Below are positions 28,645 to 37,188 of a DNA stretch of 64,000 nucleotides, one piece after another. This DNA is from an uncultured Candidatus Saccharibacteria bacterium (lineage in GTDB: Bacteria; Patescibacteriota; Minisyncoccia; Phycocordibacterales; UBA2100). The notes below the pieces were generated by a model, which was given only the letters and a program-made list of their open reading frames with translations, was not told where the DNA came from and did no database searches. The translations under genes and the position numbers were made by a program. The stretch lies in assembly GCA_964512835.1 (NCBI GenBank), contig CAZELA010000001.1:105372-169371 (forward strand), read 5' to 3'. Every line of letters starts with the position of its first letter. Positions within the stretch are counted from its first letter, which is position 1.

Positions 28645-29814
28645 TTGCGACCAGGGCCCACCCCCAGTCTCACTAAATCAGCTACACTCGACATCGAGCG
28701 AGGCGATATACTGAGGGCTGTGCGGAATGCCCTCGAATTTTTCAAAAAGAAAAAACGCGAAGAACTTCTGAAAGCAGAAGAATCTTTGACTGCGCCCACG
28801 CCGGAACCGCTCATCGAAGAAGAGATTGTTGATCAGGGGAGGCGCTCACTGTTGTTCGGTCTCGGTGCGACTGCTGCCGTCGCTGCGATGCCGACGGTGC
28901 TATCGAGTACCGAAGCGGTCGCGGCGTCACTCGACCCAATCAGAAAGAACGAGAAATTCATCAGCGAGACAATGGCACATTTCAAGCGCGACCTTGCGAC
29001 ACCGGAGCTTCGCGATGCCCGTTCAGGCAAAGGTCCGCTCATCGGTACCATGATGCGCACACTCAAGCGTTTTGATCCGAAGGAGGTGATCGGTACCTCC
29101 TATGACTGCACGAGGGAACTCATGCAGCACTGCGTACAATATGCGTACGGCAAGAACCGGGAAGGAAAGCACGTCAGCGTGTGTATCCCCGCATCCGCCG
29201 GTCCCGAGCGCTATATGCCGCCGACCGTCGGCTACGGCAACGGATTTTTTTGGGGCGCAAAGAATATATTCGTCACCGCCCACCACGTATACGACTTCGC
29301 TATGGGTCGGCAAGACTCGAAAAAGAAAGCCGATATTTATATTCAGCGGATGGCTCCCGAGTTCGAGGCACGACCGGAACAGGTGATCCGCGATTGCCCG
29401 TCGATAACAGACGCAGATGTCGACGGCGCATTCGTGTCGATCGTCGGTATCGACAAGGACGCGACGGCTATGAAGGAGGGTGCGGTCGGCTGCAAAATGT
29501 ATTCGGGCGGGGCAGTGCGACTTACGCGTGAATGGGTAGATGTTGCGTTCGGTAAAGCCGATGACTATTTCAAGGAGCGACTCTATCGATCTTTCATTGT
29601 GGAGATTCCGCGCGGCGAAGCGATCGAAGCGCCGGGCGTCGAGAAGCCGAGCGCGGGCATGTCCGGCGCACCGGTATTCATGGTCAAGGACGGCATAAAA
29701 GTGTTCGCCGGATTCATCCACGCAGTAAAGCAGGGACCCGATAAAGACTTTGCGATATTCTACGGACCTGAGTTCGTACGCGAGTCGTTCGCACAATTCA
29801 ACCGGACCGCATAA
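28645..29814 (+). CDS. trypsin-like (S1) serine protease with a Tat-like RR motif; start uncertain
   Basis: His motif VTAHHV and Ser motif GMSGAPVF; GRRSLLFGLGATAAVAA resembles a twin-arginine signal but sits about 65 codons into the TTG-initiated track ORF; a nearer TTG start exists around 28783. Confidence 0.55.
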   Translation: MRPGPTPSLTKSATLDIERGDILRAVRNALEFFKKKKREELLKAEESLTAPTPEPLIEEEIVDQGRRSLLFGLGATAAVAAMPTVLSSTEAVAASLDPIRKNEKFISETMAHFKRDLATPELRDARSGKGPLIGTMMRTLKRFDPKEVIGTSYDCTRELMQHCVQYAYGKNREGKHVSVCIPASAGPERYMPPTVGYGNGFFWGAKNIFVTAHHVYDFAMGRQDSKKKADIYIQRMAPEFEARPEQVIRDCPSITDADVDGAFVSIVGIDKDATAMKEGAVGCKMYSGGAVRLTREWVDVAFGKADDYFKERLYRSFIVEIPRGEAIEAPGVEKPSAGMSGAPVFMVKDGIKVFAGFIHAVKQGPDKDFAIFYGPEFVRESFAQFNRTA

Positions 29815-29816
29815 AC

Positions 29817-29846
29817 AAACAGGCCACCCTGCGGTGGCCTGTTTTG
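29817..29846. terminator. bidirectional terminator
   Basis: CAGGCCACC-ctgc-GGTGGCCTG, flanked by AAAA and TTTT. Confidence 0.7.
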
Positions 29847-29861
29847 TAGTTCGTACCGATC

Positions 29862-30875
29862 CTAGTACTGGTACGGGTACTGCGGGTAGCTCGGGTAGGG
29901 ATTGTATGCGCCGGTCACCCAACGGCTCGCCGTATTGTTCGACTGATTGTTGTCGTAGGCTCGGACAGTGACGGAGAATGTTCCGTCGACTGCGGGTGTG
30001 AAGCGAAGCGTGTTGATCACATGCGCTCCTGCGCCAAGCGACGGTTGCAGTTGTGAGCTGAACACGTACGGCTGTGACGTCGGGATGTTCGCTTCAAACG
30101 TGTACGAACCGGATGCGGTGCCGCCGACGTTCTGAATGTCGAACTGCACGGCAGATACGTCAGACGGTGAGTATGCCGGGCGCGATACGAATGCGCCGGT
30201 GTACGGATCGATCACACCCACTGCAACGACACGGACCGAAAGGTCTGCGGGCGTTACCGGTTTCGGGCTCGAGGATCCGGTATTCGACGTGGTCGGCTTC
30301 GGCTTCGTGACGACCGGAGTTTCTTCATGGGGTGCCGGGGATTCTTCAACAGGAGTCGGCTGCGTAACAACCGGTGCGCCCTTTACGATTTTTACCGCGG
30401 TGTTGCCGGTCGCTTCAGGTCCCGTGGTGCCGGCCGCGCTCGGAATAAAGAGGACCGAGATCTGACTTTGGACCGACGTTGTACCGGTGAGCGTCGGGAG
30501 GATCGATGCGGAGCCTGTTGCGTTACCGAGTGTGTATGCGGCGCCGCAGGGGATCGGGTTACCGTCGACCGAGATTTTGAGTCCGGTCACGCACTGGTAC
30601 AAGACTGCGTACGTACCGCGGCTTGAGGTGTTGTACTTCCACGACACCGTGAACGGCTGTGACGCCGTTGCGGTGGATGGCGCGCTCACGGAAATCTCCT
30701 TTTTTGAAGAGAACATGCCCGAGAACCACGGGGTAGAGAGGTTGATGATATGGAGCAGACCCCAGATCACGATGATGATCAAAATGACGAATCCGATGAT
30801 CGCGAGAATGTTCGCAACCACACCCGGCTTACGTGCGGGTCCTTTCGGTCGAATTTCCGGTGCTGCATCTGCCAT
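29862..30875 (-). CDS. membrane-anchored surface protein with a CARDB-like beta domain and a Tyr/Pro-rich C-terminal tail
   Basis: N-terminal TM; Thr/Pro-rich linker; ...QYPYQY end. Confidence 0.5.
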   Translation of the reverse strand: MADAAPEIRPKGPARKPGVVANILAIIGFVILIIIVIWGLLHIINLSTPWFSGMFSSKKEISVSAPSTATASQPFTVSWKYNTSSRGTYAVLYQCVTGLKISVDGNPIPCGAAYTLGNATGSASILPTLTGTTSVQSQISVLFIPSAAGTTGPEATGNTAVKIVKGAPVVTQPTPVEESPAPHEETPVVTKPKPTTSNTGSSSPKPVTPADLSVRVVAVGVIDPYTGAFVSRPAYSPSDVSAVQFDIQNVGGTASGSYTFEANIPTSQPYVFSSQLQPSLGAGAHVINTLRFTPAVDGTFSVTVRAYDNNQSNNTASRWVTGAYNPYPSYPQYPYQY

Positions 30876-30988
30876 ATATCTTTTGTAAGTGAAGAGTTAA
30901 CCTCAAAAATTAGTAAAAATCTATGAGGCCGCAATTGTAACATCTAATACCGCATTGTCAAGTATTAGAGCGACGCATGAGTGGTTCA

Positions 30989-31050
30989 TTGACACTTCAC
31001 CTGTGCGACGGTAGCGTCGCCCGTAGCGACACTGTCGAATGTGGCAGGTC
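30989..31050 (+). promoter_or_regulatory. TTGACA -35 plus overlapping alternative hairpins upstream of 31068
   Basis: TTGACA at 30989; GCGACG-gtag-CGTCGC (31005-31020) overlaps GTCGC-ccgta-GCGAC (31016-31030). Confidence 0.3.
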
Positions 31051-31067
31051 GAACAGAGGAGGATCCG

Positions 31068-31418
31068 ATGAAGCGTTTACTCACTGCACTCCTCGGTCTC
31101 GGCACGTTCCTCGTGCTCGCGACCGATGCGTCTGCCGGCGGGTACCCCGGCTGCAACTGCTACAGGCCGCGTCCCGCGGTGCGGCAGTACTCGCCGCCGC
31201 CGCCTCGCCCCGCTCTCGTCTGTCAGACGCTGCGTATGGCGGATGCAGACTGGGCTGCCTGTCAGACCAAGTCCTGGTCGCTCTCGAGTAAGGACGAGCG
31301 GATCTGGACCCACAGCTACCGGTCGCAGGTCATCCAGGTCTGTCGACCCGCGGGGCATCCGAACCTCGGATATCGGGGCAAGGCGACGGGTGCGCAGTAC
31401 GTCGTGCGGTTCCAGTAG
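31068..31418 (+). CDS. small secreted cysteine-rich protein (6 Cys)
   Basis: AGGAGG RBS; signal peptide MKRLLTALLGLGTFLVLATDASA; high GC3. Confidence 0.6.
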   Translation: MKRLLTALLGLGTFLVLATDASAGGYPGCNCYRPRPAVRQYSPPPPRPALVCQTLRMADADWAACQTKSWSLSSKDERIWTHSYRSQVIQVCRPAGHPNLGYRGKATGAQYVVRFQ

Positions 31419-31439
31419 TTCATTCCGCGGATGCGGATA

Positions 31440-31483
31440 CAAAAAAGGCGGCAACACTCGTGTGTTGCCGCCGATCTTTTTAT
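31440..31483. terminator. bidirectional terminator
   Basis: GGCGGCAACAC-tcg-TGTGTTGCCGCC, with AAAAAA upstream and GATCTTTTTAT downstream. Confidence 0.7.
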
Positions 31484-31494
31484 GCTGGTGCAGT

Positions 31495-32823
31495 CTAGTT
31501 CTGCAGCATGTTGTTCTTTGTCCAATAGTCGTATCGCCATTTGTACGACATGATCGGAAACCGTCGCCCCACCCACGCGAACATGCTGTGATTGTCCATA
31601 TAGAGAGCGTACTTTACATAGTTTGCATCAGTCGAGAGTAGTCGTTCTTCGCCGAGTGCACGACCCACGTAGATCGCGCATACGAGCAAGAACAAAATGC
31701 CTGACTGGATCGGATTCACGACACCTACCGCGTTCAGTACGGGGAAGTACAGGAGCGCCCACTGAAAACATTTTGATACATAGATGGGATGTCTGGTGAA
31801 CGCGAACGGTCCCGTTGTGATGATGCCGCGCATCGAGATGTTTGCTGCGCGGATACCCACGATCGCTTCGCCCCATAAGTGGATGATTGCGAAGAAAATG
31901 ATGAGCGCCGCGACGGCAAAAAGGATCATCGGTTGCGACAGTGTGTGATATGCCCACGCCGGAGTGCCGTTGTAGATCGCATCGGTTTCCGACGCGGGAA
32001 CGTAGCGCACCCATCCGCCGAAGAGCGCATTGTTGATCGGCGGATAGCAGGAGAGGTTGATCGCCCACGCAAACCACGTGCGGTCGACCTTTTTGAGTTC
32101 GGTGCCGATCAAGCGCGACGCAAAAATGTAGCCCGGCAAGATTGATCCGACGATCATGCCGAAGATCGCAAGATCAAGGCGTGAGACGAACGTGACGAAG
32201 TCGCCGGAGATATCGGGCAAACCGAATGCGCGAAGGTAATGGATGTACCATACGATCGCGTAGAAGTTGATCAGCAGGAAAAAGCATCGCAAGAGCCATT
32301 CACGAACGCCGTCAAAGAATATTTTCCATTCGATCTCGCGCACGCGCAGGCGTGCCAACAATCCGATCTGGAATGTGCCGTCGCGCTTTTCGCCGAGGAT
32401 ATATTCGGTCACGTAGATCAGAATGAACGACGCCGGTATAACGAACGTGAGTGTCGGAACAATCGCTTCGAAGAGGCGACGGAGGTTCGTTTGGTTATCG
32501 TACGCAGGGAATAGCCACACGAGAAAAAAGATGAATCCGATACCGACGAGCACTCCGAGGAATTTGGTGACGGTCGATTCGAGAACCTCTGTATGAGTGC
32601 GCTTCGGCCGATCGGCGACCTTCCACGGCGCCCGCATGATCTCGGAGGTGAAGAGGTAGGCGCATGTCAGCAGTGCGATTATGAGTGCGATGTAGACATC
32701 TGACGTTCCTGTCCGGTAGAGGGCCAGAAACACCGCATTGATGATGCCGACGGAAACGATCGGGTCGAACCATCGACCGACCGACATTCGGTAGATTTCC
32801 TGTTTCGTAGGCTGTGCTTCCAT
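31495..32823 (-). CDS. polytopic membrane protein with a C-terminal ICMT/PEMT-like methyltransferase domain
   Basis: GIITTGPFAFTRHPIYVS matches the isoprenylcysteine carboxyl / phospholipid methyltransferase motif; more than 8 TM helices. Confidence 0.5.
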   Translation of the reverse strand: MEAQPTKQEIYRMSVGRWFDPIVSVGIINAVFLALYRTGTSDVYIALIIALLTCAYLFTSEIMRAPWKVADRPKRTHTEVLESTVTKFLGVLVGIGFIFFLVWLFPAYDNQTNLRRLFEAIVPTLTFVIPASFILIYVTEYILGEKRDGTFQIGLLARLRVREIEWKIFFDGVREWLLRCFFLLINFYAIVWYIHYLRAFGLPDISGDFVTFVSRLDLAIFGMIVGSILPGYIFASRLIGTELKKVDRTWFAWAINLSCYPPINNALFGGWVRYVPASETDAIYNGTPAWAYHTLSQPMILFAVAALIIFFAIIHLWGEAIVGIRAANISMRGIITTGPFAFTRHPIYVSKCFQWALLYFPVLNAVGVVNPIQSGILFLLVCAIYVGRALGEERLLSTDANYVKYALYMDNHSMFAWVGRRFPIMSYKWRYDYWTKNNMLQN

Positions 32824-33009
32824 AGACGTGTCGGGACTACACCATAAGCTGCTTTTTAAAGCAAGTTGTCCCCGAGGGCGTAAGGGCGTATCGTTGCCCC
32901 GGAAACGTGATGAGGCCCTCTCATGCGGCCTTCATCAAACCGGACGTAGTCTACGACCGGACAAGCGTTCGCTCTCATTTATTTAATTTCAGTAGTACCG
33001 CACCCTGTT

Positions 33010-34977
33010 ATGGCAGCTCAATCCCGCACGAAGGGAATCGGATTTTCATTTTTGCAGACACTCGGCACGGCGTTCATCGCGCTCGTGCTCTTCGGATTTG
33101 CGATGTTGCTTGTGATGCGCGCGAATGCGCAGTTTTCTATGAATGATTCGCATGGCATCGCGAAACTTTTTACCGCGCGCGCAGACGGCGGAGGCGGCGA
33201 CTCGGGCGGCGGTGGTGACTCAGGTGGTGGAGGAGACAGCGGCGGCGGAGGGGATTCCGGCGGCGGAGGGGATTCCGGCGGAGGCGGCGACTCGGGCGGC
33301 GGCGGTGACTCAGGTGGTGGAGGAGACAGCGGCGGCGGCGACGGCGGCGGTTGTTCAGGCTGTGGCTGCGGCGGCTTCTGCTACCCGCAGTGTCCGGCGG
33401 GAACGACCGGTGTGTATCCCATCTGCATTCCGCAGACATGCCCGGCAGGAACAACCGGCACGTACCCGAACTGCACAACCATTCAGTGTCCGGCGGGAAC
33501 AACCGGCACCTACCCGAATTGCACGACGCTGCATTGTCCTGAAGGAACAACCGGCACGTACCCGAACTGCACGACCATTCAGTGCCCGGCGGGAACCACC
33601 GGTACCTATCCGAACTGCACGACGATCCAATGCCCGGCGGGAACGACGGGAACCTACCCGAACTGCACGACGATCACATGCCCTGCAGGTACAACGGGAA
33701 CGTATCCGAATTGCACACCAAACACGGGATGCATCGACGTGCTGAAGGAAACGTACAACACGCTCGGTCTTCCGATCATGCCGGTTGCACAGTTCTCGTT
33801 TAAGCTCGATGGGGGAACGCAGACCGTGTTCAACAACTCTGCCGGTAACGCACGATTCACCGGCGTCTCGGTCGGTGCACACACCGTAACGGAAACTCCG
33901 GTTGCCGGATGGGCACTTATTTCCACGACGCCGCAGGGCGGCATCGTAAATGTGCTTGCTGGTTCGCAGTGCGTGACGGTTGTATTCAAAAACAAGCAGG
34001 TTATCAACGAATGCCCGGCAGGAACGACAGGCACGTACCCGAACTGCACGACCATTCAGTGCCCGGCGGGAACCACCGGTACCTATCCGAACTGCACGAC
34101 GATCCAATGCCCGGCGGGAACGACGGGAACGTATCCGAATTGTGTTTCTATCCAGTGTCCGTCGGGTACAACGGGAACGTATCCTAATTGCGTCTCGATC
34201 CAATGTCCGGCAGGAACATACGGCACGTACCCGAACTGCATCCAAATCCTGTGCCCGGCCGGGTCAACCGGCACGTACCCGAACTGCTACACGCAGCAGT
34301 GTCCGGCAGGGACGTACGGAACCTATCCGAACTGCTACACGCAGCAGTGTCCGTCGGGAACCACCGGGACGTACCCGAATTGTTACTCGCAGCAGTGCCC
34401 CGCAGGAACCTACGGAACCTACCCGAACTGCGTCCAGATCTTGTGTCCTGCAGGTTCAACGGGAACCTACCCGAACTGCCTCACGCCGCAGGCTCCGTAC
34501 TGCACACTGACCGCAAACCCGACATTCGTTTCGCACGGTCAGAGCTCAACGCTGTTCTGGTCGTCGCAGAATGCGATCAACGCGCAGCTCTCATCGTTCG
34601 GAACGGTCGGTGTGAACGGCTCGACGAACGTATCGCCGTACCAGACGACGACGTACACACTCACCGTGTGGAACAATCAGGGCCAGCAGGCAACCTGCCA
34701 GACGACGGTGCAGTTGAACTATCAGCCGCCGTATAATCCGCCGACCTACTACCCGCCGCAGCCTCCGACGATTTATCCGCCGATCACGTACTACCCGCCG
34801 AGCATTCCCGTTTCAAACATCCCGTACACGGGAACGGGTTCGACGACCGGCAACGTGATCCTCATGAGTCTCATCGTTCTTGCATCAATCTCCGGTGCAT
34901 ACTTGATTCTGTACTCACGGGGCGGTGCACGGAACATGCTTGTCGAAGCGGGCATCCTGCAAACCTCGCGACTCTAG
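33010..34977 (+). CDS. repetitive cell-surface protein: (GGGGDS)x8 linker, 17 copies of a 16-aa CPAGTTGTYPNCTTIQ repeat, and a C-terminal IPYTG sorting signal
   Basis: N-terminal TM/signal; repeats read directly; C-terminal IPYTGTG + hydrophobic helix + YSRGG tail; adjacent to the sortase gene. Confidence 0.8.
   Translation: MAAQSRTKGIGFSFLQTLGTAFIALVLFGFAMLLVMRANAQFSMNDSHGIAKLFTARADGGGGDSGGGGDSGGGGDSGGGGDSGGGGDSGGGGDSGGGGDSGGGGDSGGGDGGGCSGCGCGGFCYPQCPAGTTGVYPICIPQTCPAGTTGTYPNCTTIQCPAGTTGTYPNCTTLHCPEGTTGTYPNCTTIQCPAGTTGTYPNCTTIQCPAGTTGTYPNCTTITCPAGTTGTYPNCTPNTGCIDVLKETYNTLGLPIMPVAQFSFKLDGGTQTVFNNSAGNARFTGVSVGAHTVTETPVAGWALISTTPQGGIVNVLAGSQCVTVVFKNKQVINECPAGTTGTYPNCTTIQCPAGTTGTYPNCTTIQCPAGTTGTYPNCVSIQCPSGTTGTYPNCVSIQCPAGTYGTYPNCIQILCPAGSTGTYPNCYTQQCPAGTYGTYPNCYTQQCPSGTTGTYPNCYSQQCPAGTYGTYPNCVQILCPAGSTGTYPNCLTPQAPYCTLTANPTFVSHGQSSTLFWSSQNAINAQLSSFGTVGVNGSTNVSPYQTTTYTLTVWNNQGQQATCQTTVQLNYQPPYNPPTYYPPQPPTIYPPITYYPPSIPVSNIPYTGTGSTTGNVILMSLIVLASISGAYLILYSRGGARNMLVEAGILQTSRL
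33187..33342 (+). repeat. 18-bp tandem repeat encoding (GGGGDS)n
   Basis: About 8.5 imperfect copies of ggcggNggNggNgaYtcN. Confidence 0.8.
33391..33729 (+). repeat. 48-bp tandem repeat array 1 (7 copies, CPAGTTGTYPNCTTIQ module)
   Basis: In-frame coding repeats. Confidence 0.8.
34012..34491 (+). repeat. 48-bp tandem repeat array 2 (10 copies of the same module, more diverged)
   Basis: In-frame coding repeats. Confidence 0.8.
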
Positions 34978-35044
34978 GCAAACCTGCCGCTTTCCGAAAA
35001 GGGAAGCGGCTTTTGCTTTGAGCGGATCGTCTGCTTGACAGCCT

Positions 35045-35072
35045 TGACAAATGTGTCGTAATGGCTTATAAT
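35045..35072 (+). promoter_or_regulatory. consensus sigma70 promoter TTGACA-16-TATAAT (second TTGACA copy at 35035)
   Basis: ccTTGACAaatgtgtcgtaatggctTATAATatggctATG; the first ATG overlaps the -10, so the transcript is probably leaderless from ATG 35079. Confidence 0.6.
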
Positions 35073-35822
35073 ATGGCTATGAATAAGGGTTTTCACCCCA
35101 AAGAGACAGGAAATAAGCCCCCGTTCGCCGTGTACCTCTCGGTGACGGTGATTCTGTTTGTGCTCACCCTTTCCGTTGCCGACTCCATCGGTCTCGTGCC
35201 CGACTACATCGACGGTACTCAGTCAGAACACATGGCAGTATCGGATTCACAGTCGAATTCTCCGGATGGTGATTGGAGCGAATTCGATCAGTCAGTCTCG
35301 GTTTCAAATCTGCCTGAGCTCGGCGAAGCGGTGTCGGCACCGACTCCCGTCGTAGAGCAGCAGCACTCAGCGGCGCTTTCGAAGCCGACGAAGATCCTGA
35401 TCCCGGCGATCGATATGAATCTTCCGGTACAGAATCCGTCGACCCGCGATCTCTCTGCGCTCGATACGCTGTTGCAGAAAGGTCCGGCTCGATACGTCGA
35501 TTCCGCAAAGCTTAACGAGCGGGGAAACGTCATCATCTTTGCTCACTCGTCGCATCTTCCCGTCGTACACAACCAGATGTACAAGGCGTTCAATCGTGTG
35601 CCTGAGCTCGTAAAGGGTGACACCATCACGCTCGTGGGAGACGACGGTCAAAAGTATCTCTACAGCGTGACATCGGTCCGAAAGGCGGATGCAAATGATG
35701 CAACGATCGACCTGTCTCCGCTCCACGGCACAAAGCTCACACTCGTCACGTGCGACACGCTCACGGGCAAAAGCGCACGCTTCATCTTAGAAGCAGACTT
35801 TATCGGCACCGTCGACCTGTAA
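35061..35822 (+). CDS. sortase (transpeptidase), membrane-anchored
   Basis: N-terminal TM; IFAHSSH His motif; TLVTCDTL catalytic Cys motif near the C-terminus; KILIPAIDMNLPV start of the beta-barrel; likely true start 35079 (MNKGF). Confidence 0.8.
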   Translation: MAYNMAMNKGFHPKETGNKPPFAVYLSVTVILFVLTLSVADSIGLVPDYIDGTQSEHMAVSDSQSNSPDGDWSEFDQSVSVSNLPELGEAVSAPTPVVEQQHSAALSKPTKILIPAIDMNLPVQNPSTRDLSALDTLLQKGPARYVDSAKLNERGNVIIFAHSSHLPVVHNQMYKAFNRVPELVKGDTITLVGDDGQKYLYSVTSVRKADANDATIDLSPLHGTKLTLVTCDTLTGKSARFILEADFIGTVDL

Positions 35823-35840
35823 TTACGTTTAAAAAAATAT

Positions 35841-36467
35841 ATGAAAAATCTCACCATCGCATTCGTAACCGTTTTCGCGCTCGCACTTCCTGCAATTGCA
35901 GATGCCGCATCGTATCCGACGGGTGGCTCGTACCGGACCGGTGTCTCGGCTCAGACCGGGGTACCGTGCTACTACGGCGGCTCTGCATTCACCGGCAGTT
36001 CCTATGCGACCGGAGTCTCGTATGACACAGGGGATTCGTATTCAACGGGATCGTCCTATCAGACCGGCTACTCCTATCCGACCGGTATGTCTGCCGGCCC
36101 GGTGGGCACGTCGTACACAACTGGTGTCTCTGCCGGCCGTGTCGGCACATCGTATGCGGTCGGTGTTTCGTACCCGACCGGATACTCCATGGCAACCGGC
36201 TCATCGGTTCCGACCGGATACTCGAGCGCAACATCACACCCGAAGGGAACGAAGTACGGTACACCAAACTACGCACAGTATTCGTATCCGAACTACTACA
36301 ACGAAACGCCTACGTACATGCAGGACTACACCGGCTACATGTATAACTCGTACTACCCGCAGCAGAATCAGTACACGGAGACTGTGGGTGGCATGGGCTA
36401 CGCGTACATGAACACCGCGCACTACGCATACGATCAGGTGACTGGTGTCTACTACATCAGCTACTAA
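35841..36467 (+). CDS. secreted Tyr/Gly/Ser/Thr-rich low-complexity protein
   Basis: Signal peptide; (S/T)Y.TG(V/Y)S repeats; Y-rich C-terminus; 18 nt after the sortase stop. Confidence 0.55.
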   Translation: MKNLTIAFVTVFALALPAIADAASYPTGGSYRTGVSAQTGVPCYYGGSAFTGSSYATGVSYDTGDSYSTGSSYQTGYSYPTGMSAGPVGTSYTTGVSAGRVGTSYAVGVSYPTGYSMATGSSVPTGYSSATSHPKGTKYGTPNYAQYSYPNYYNETPTYMQDYTGYMYNSYYPQQNQYTETVGGMGYAYMNTAHYAYDQVTGVYYISY

Positions 36468-36539
36468 GCAAAACGTTTGACGCATCCACGTAAGCGATGT
36501 ATTGCTTACGGCGGGTCAACAAGCAGAAAGGGGGCAATC

Positions 36540-37007
36540 ATGCCCGATCCGGATACCTCGGCTCAACCGGGGAAGGTGAAGCTATTCTTTCGCGGGTGCC
36601 GCACCGTCATTGGTGCGGTCTCGTGGGTGATTCCGTTTGTCATCATGGGAGGTGCGTACTACCTCTTCCCGGCGCTACGAGTCAACATTACATTCGACGG
36701 CAACGTGCCGCACGAAGTCGCGTGGGGACTCCTGGCATCACTTGCCTCCGTCGGTGTTTGGCTCGGCTACGAGATGTGGTTTGCGGTCAGTCGCAAGACA
36801 TCGGTCGGCCAACTCCAGGCTGACGGACTCATCAGCACCTTCTTTGCTATCGTGCTGACGGGCATCGGCGTACGCTGGGCGACACTTGGCACCTTGCCAT
36901 ATTGGTTCGTGCTGCCGTGGATCGGCACACTCATCGATGCGCTCGGCTCCGGGTTCCTCGCCATCAACAACGCCGCCCAGAAGCCGATCATCCAGCAGGA
37001 CCGCTAG
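36540..37007 (+). CDS. hypothetical membrane protein (4 TM)
   Basis: AAAGGGGG RBS before ATG 36540; start trimmed. Confidence 0.55.
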   Translation: MPDPDTSAQPGKVKLFFRGCRTVIGAVSWVIPFVIMGGAYYLFPALRVNITFDGNVPHEVAWGLLASLASVGVWLGYEMWFAVSRKTSVGQLQADGLISTFFAIVLTGIGVRWATLGTLPYWFVLPWIGTLIDALGSGFLAINNAAQKPIIQQDR

Positions 37008-37030
37008 GGTCGATCACGCACTTTTACGAA

Positions 37031-37072
37031 TAAGCGCCGCAGACAAAGCGGCGCTTATTTATTTGCTATTTT
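37031..37072 (+). terminator. rho-independent terminator
   Basis: TAAGCGCCGC-agacaaa-GCGGCGCTTA followed by TTTATTTGCTATTTTC. Confidence 0.7.
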
Positions 37073-37097
37073 CATGAAAAGGGGGTTAGAGAATCAT

Positions 37098-37128
37098 TTG
37101 ACAAATGCGTCAAATGTGATAGTATATT
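37098..37128 (+). promoter_or_regulatory. sigma70 promoter TTGACAAA-N16-TAGTAT(ATT)
   Basis: TTGACAaatgcgtcaaatgtgaTAGTATatt. Confidence 0.55.
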
Positions 37129-37188
37129 AGCGGTTAATCAACCGTCCCGCCAATTCCGGTCGGGTCCATGCCAAACAGGAGTTATCCC

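Noticed and set aside
33355-34245. 296-aa minus-strand ORF, plus several Arg-rich plus-strand ORFs (33143..33745, 33980..34510)
   Set aside because: Low-complexity frames generated by the 48-bp repeat array of the real gene 33010..34977.
33187-34491. Possible CRISPR array suggested by regular direct repeats
   Set aside because: The repeats are 18-bp and 48-bp in-frame coding repeats without unique spacers; they sit inside one long ORF; no cas genes.
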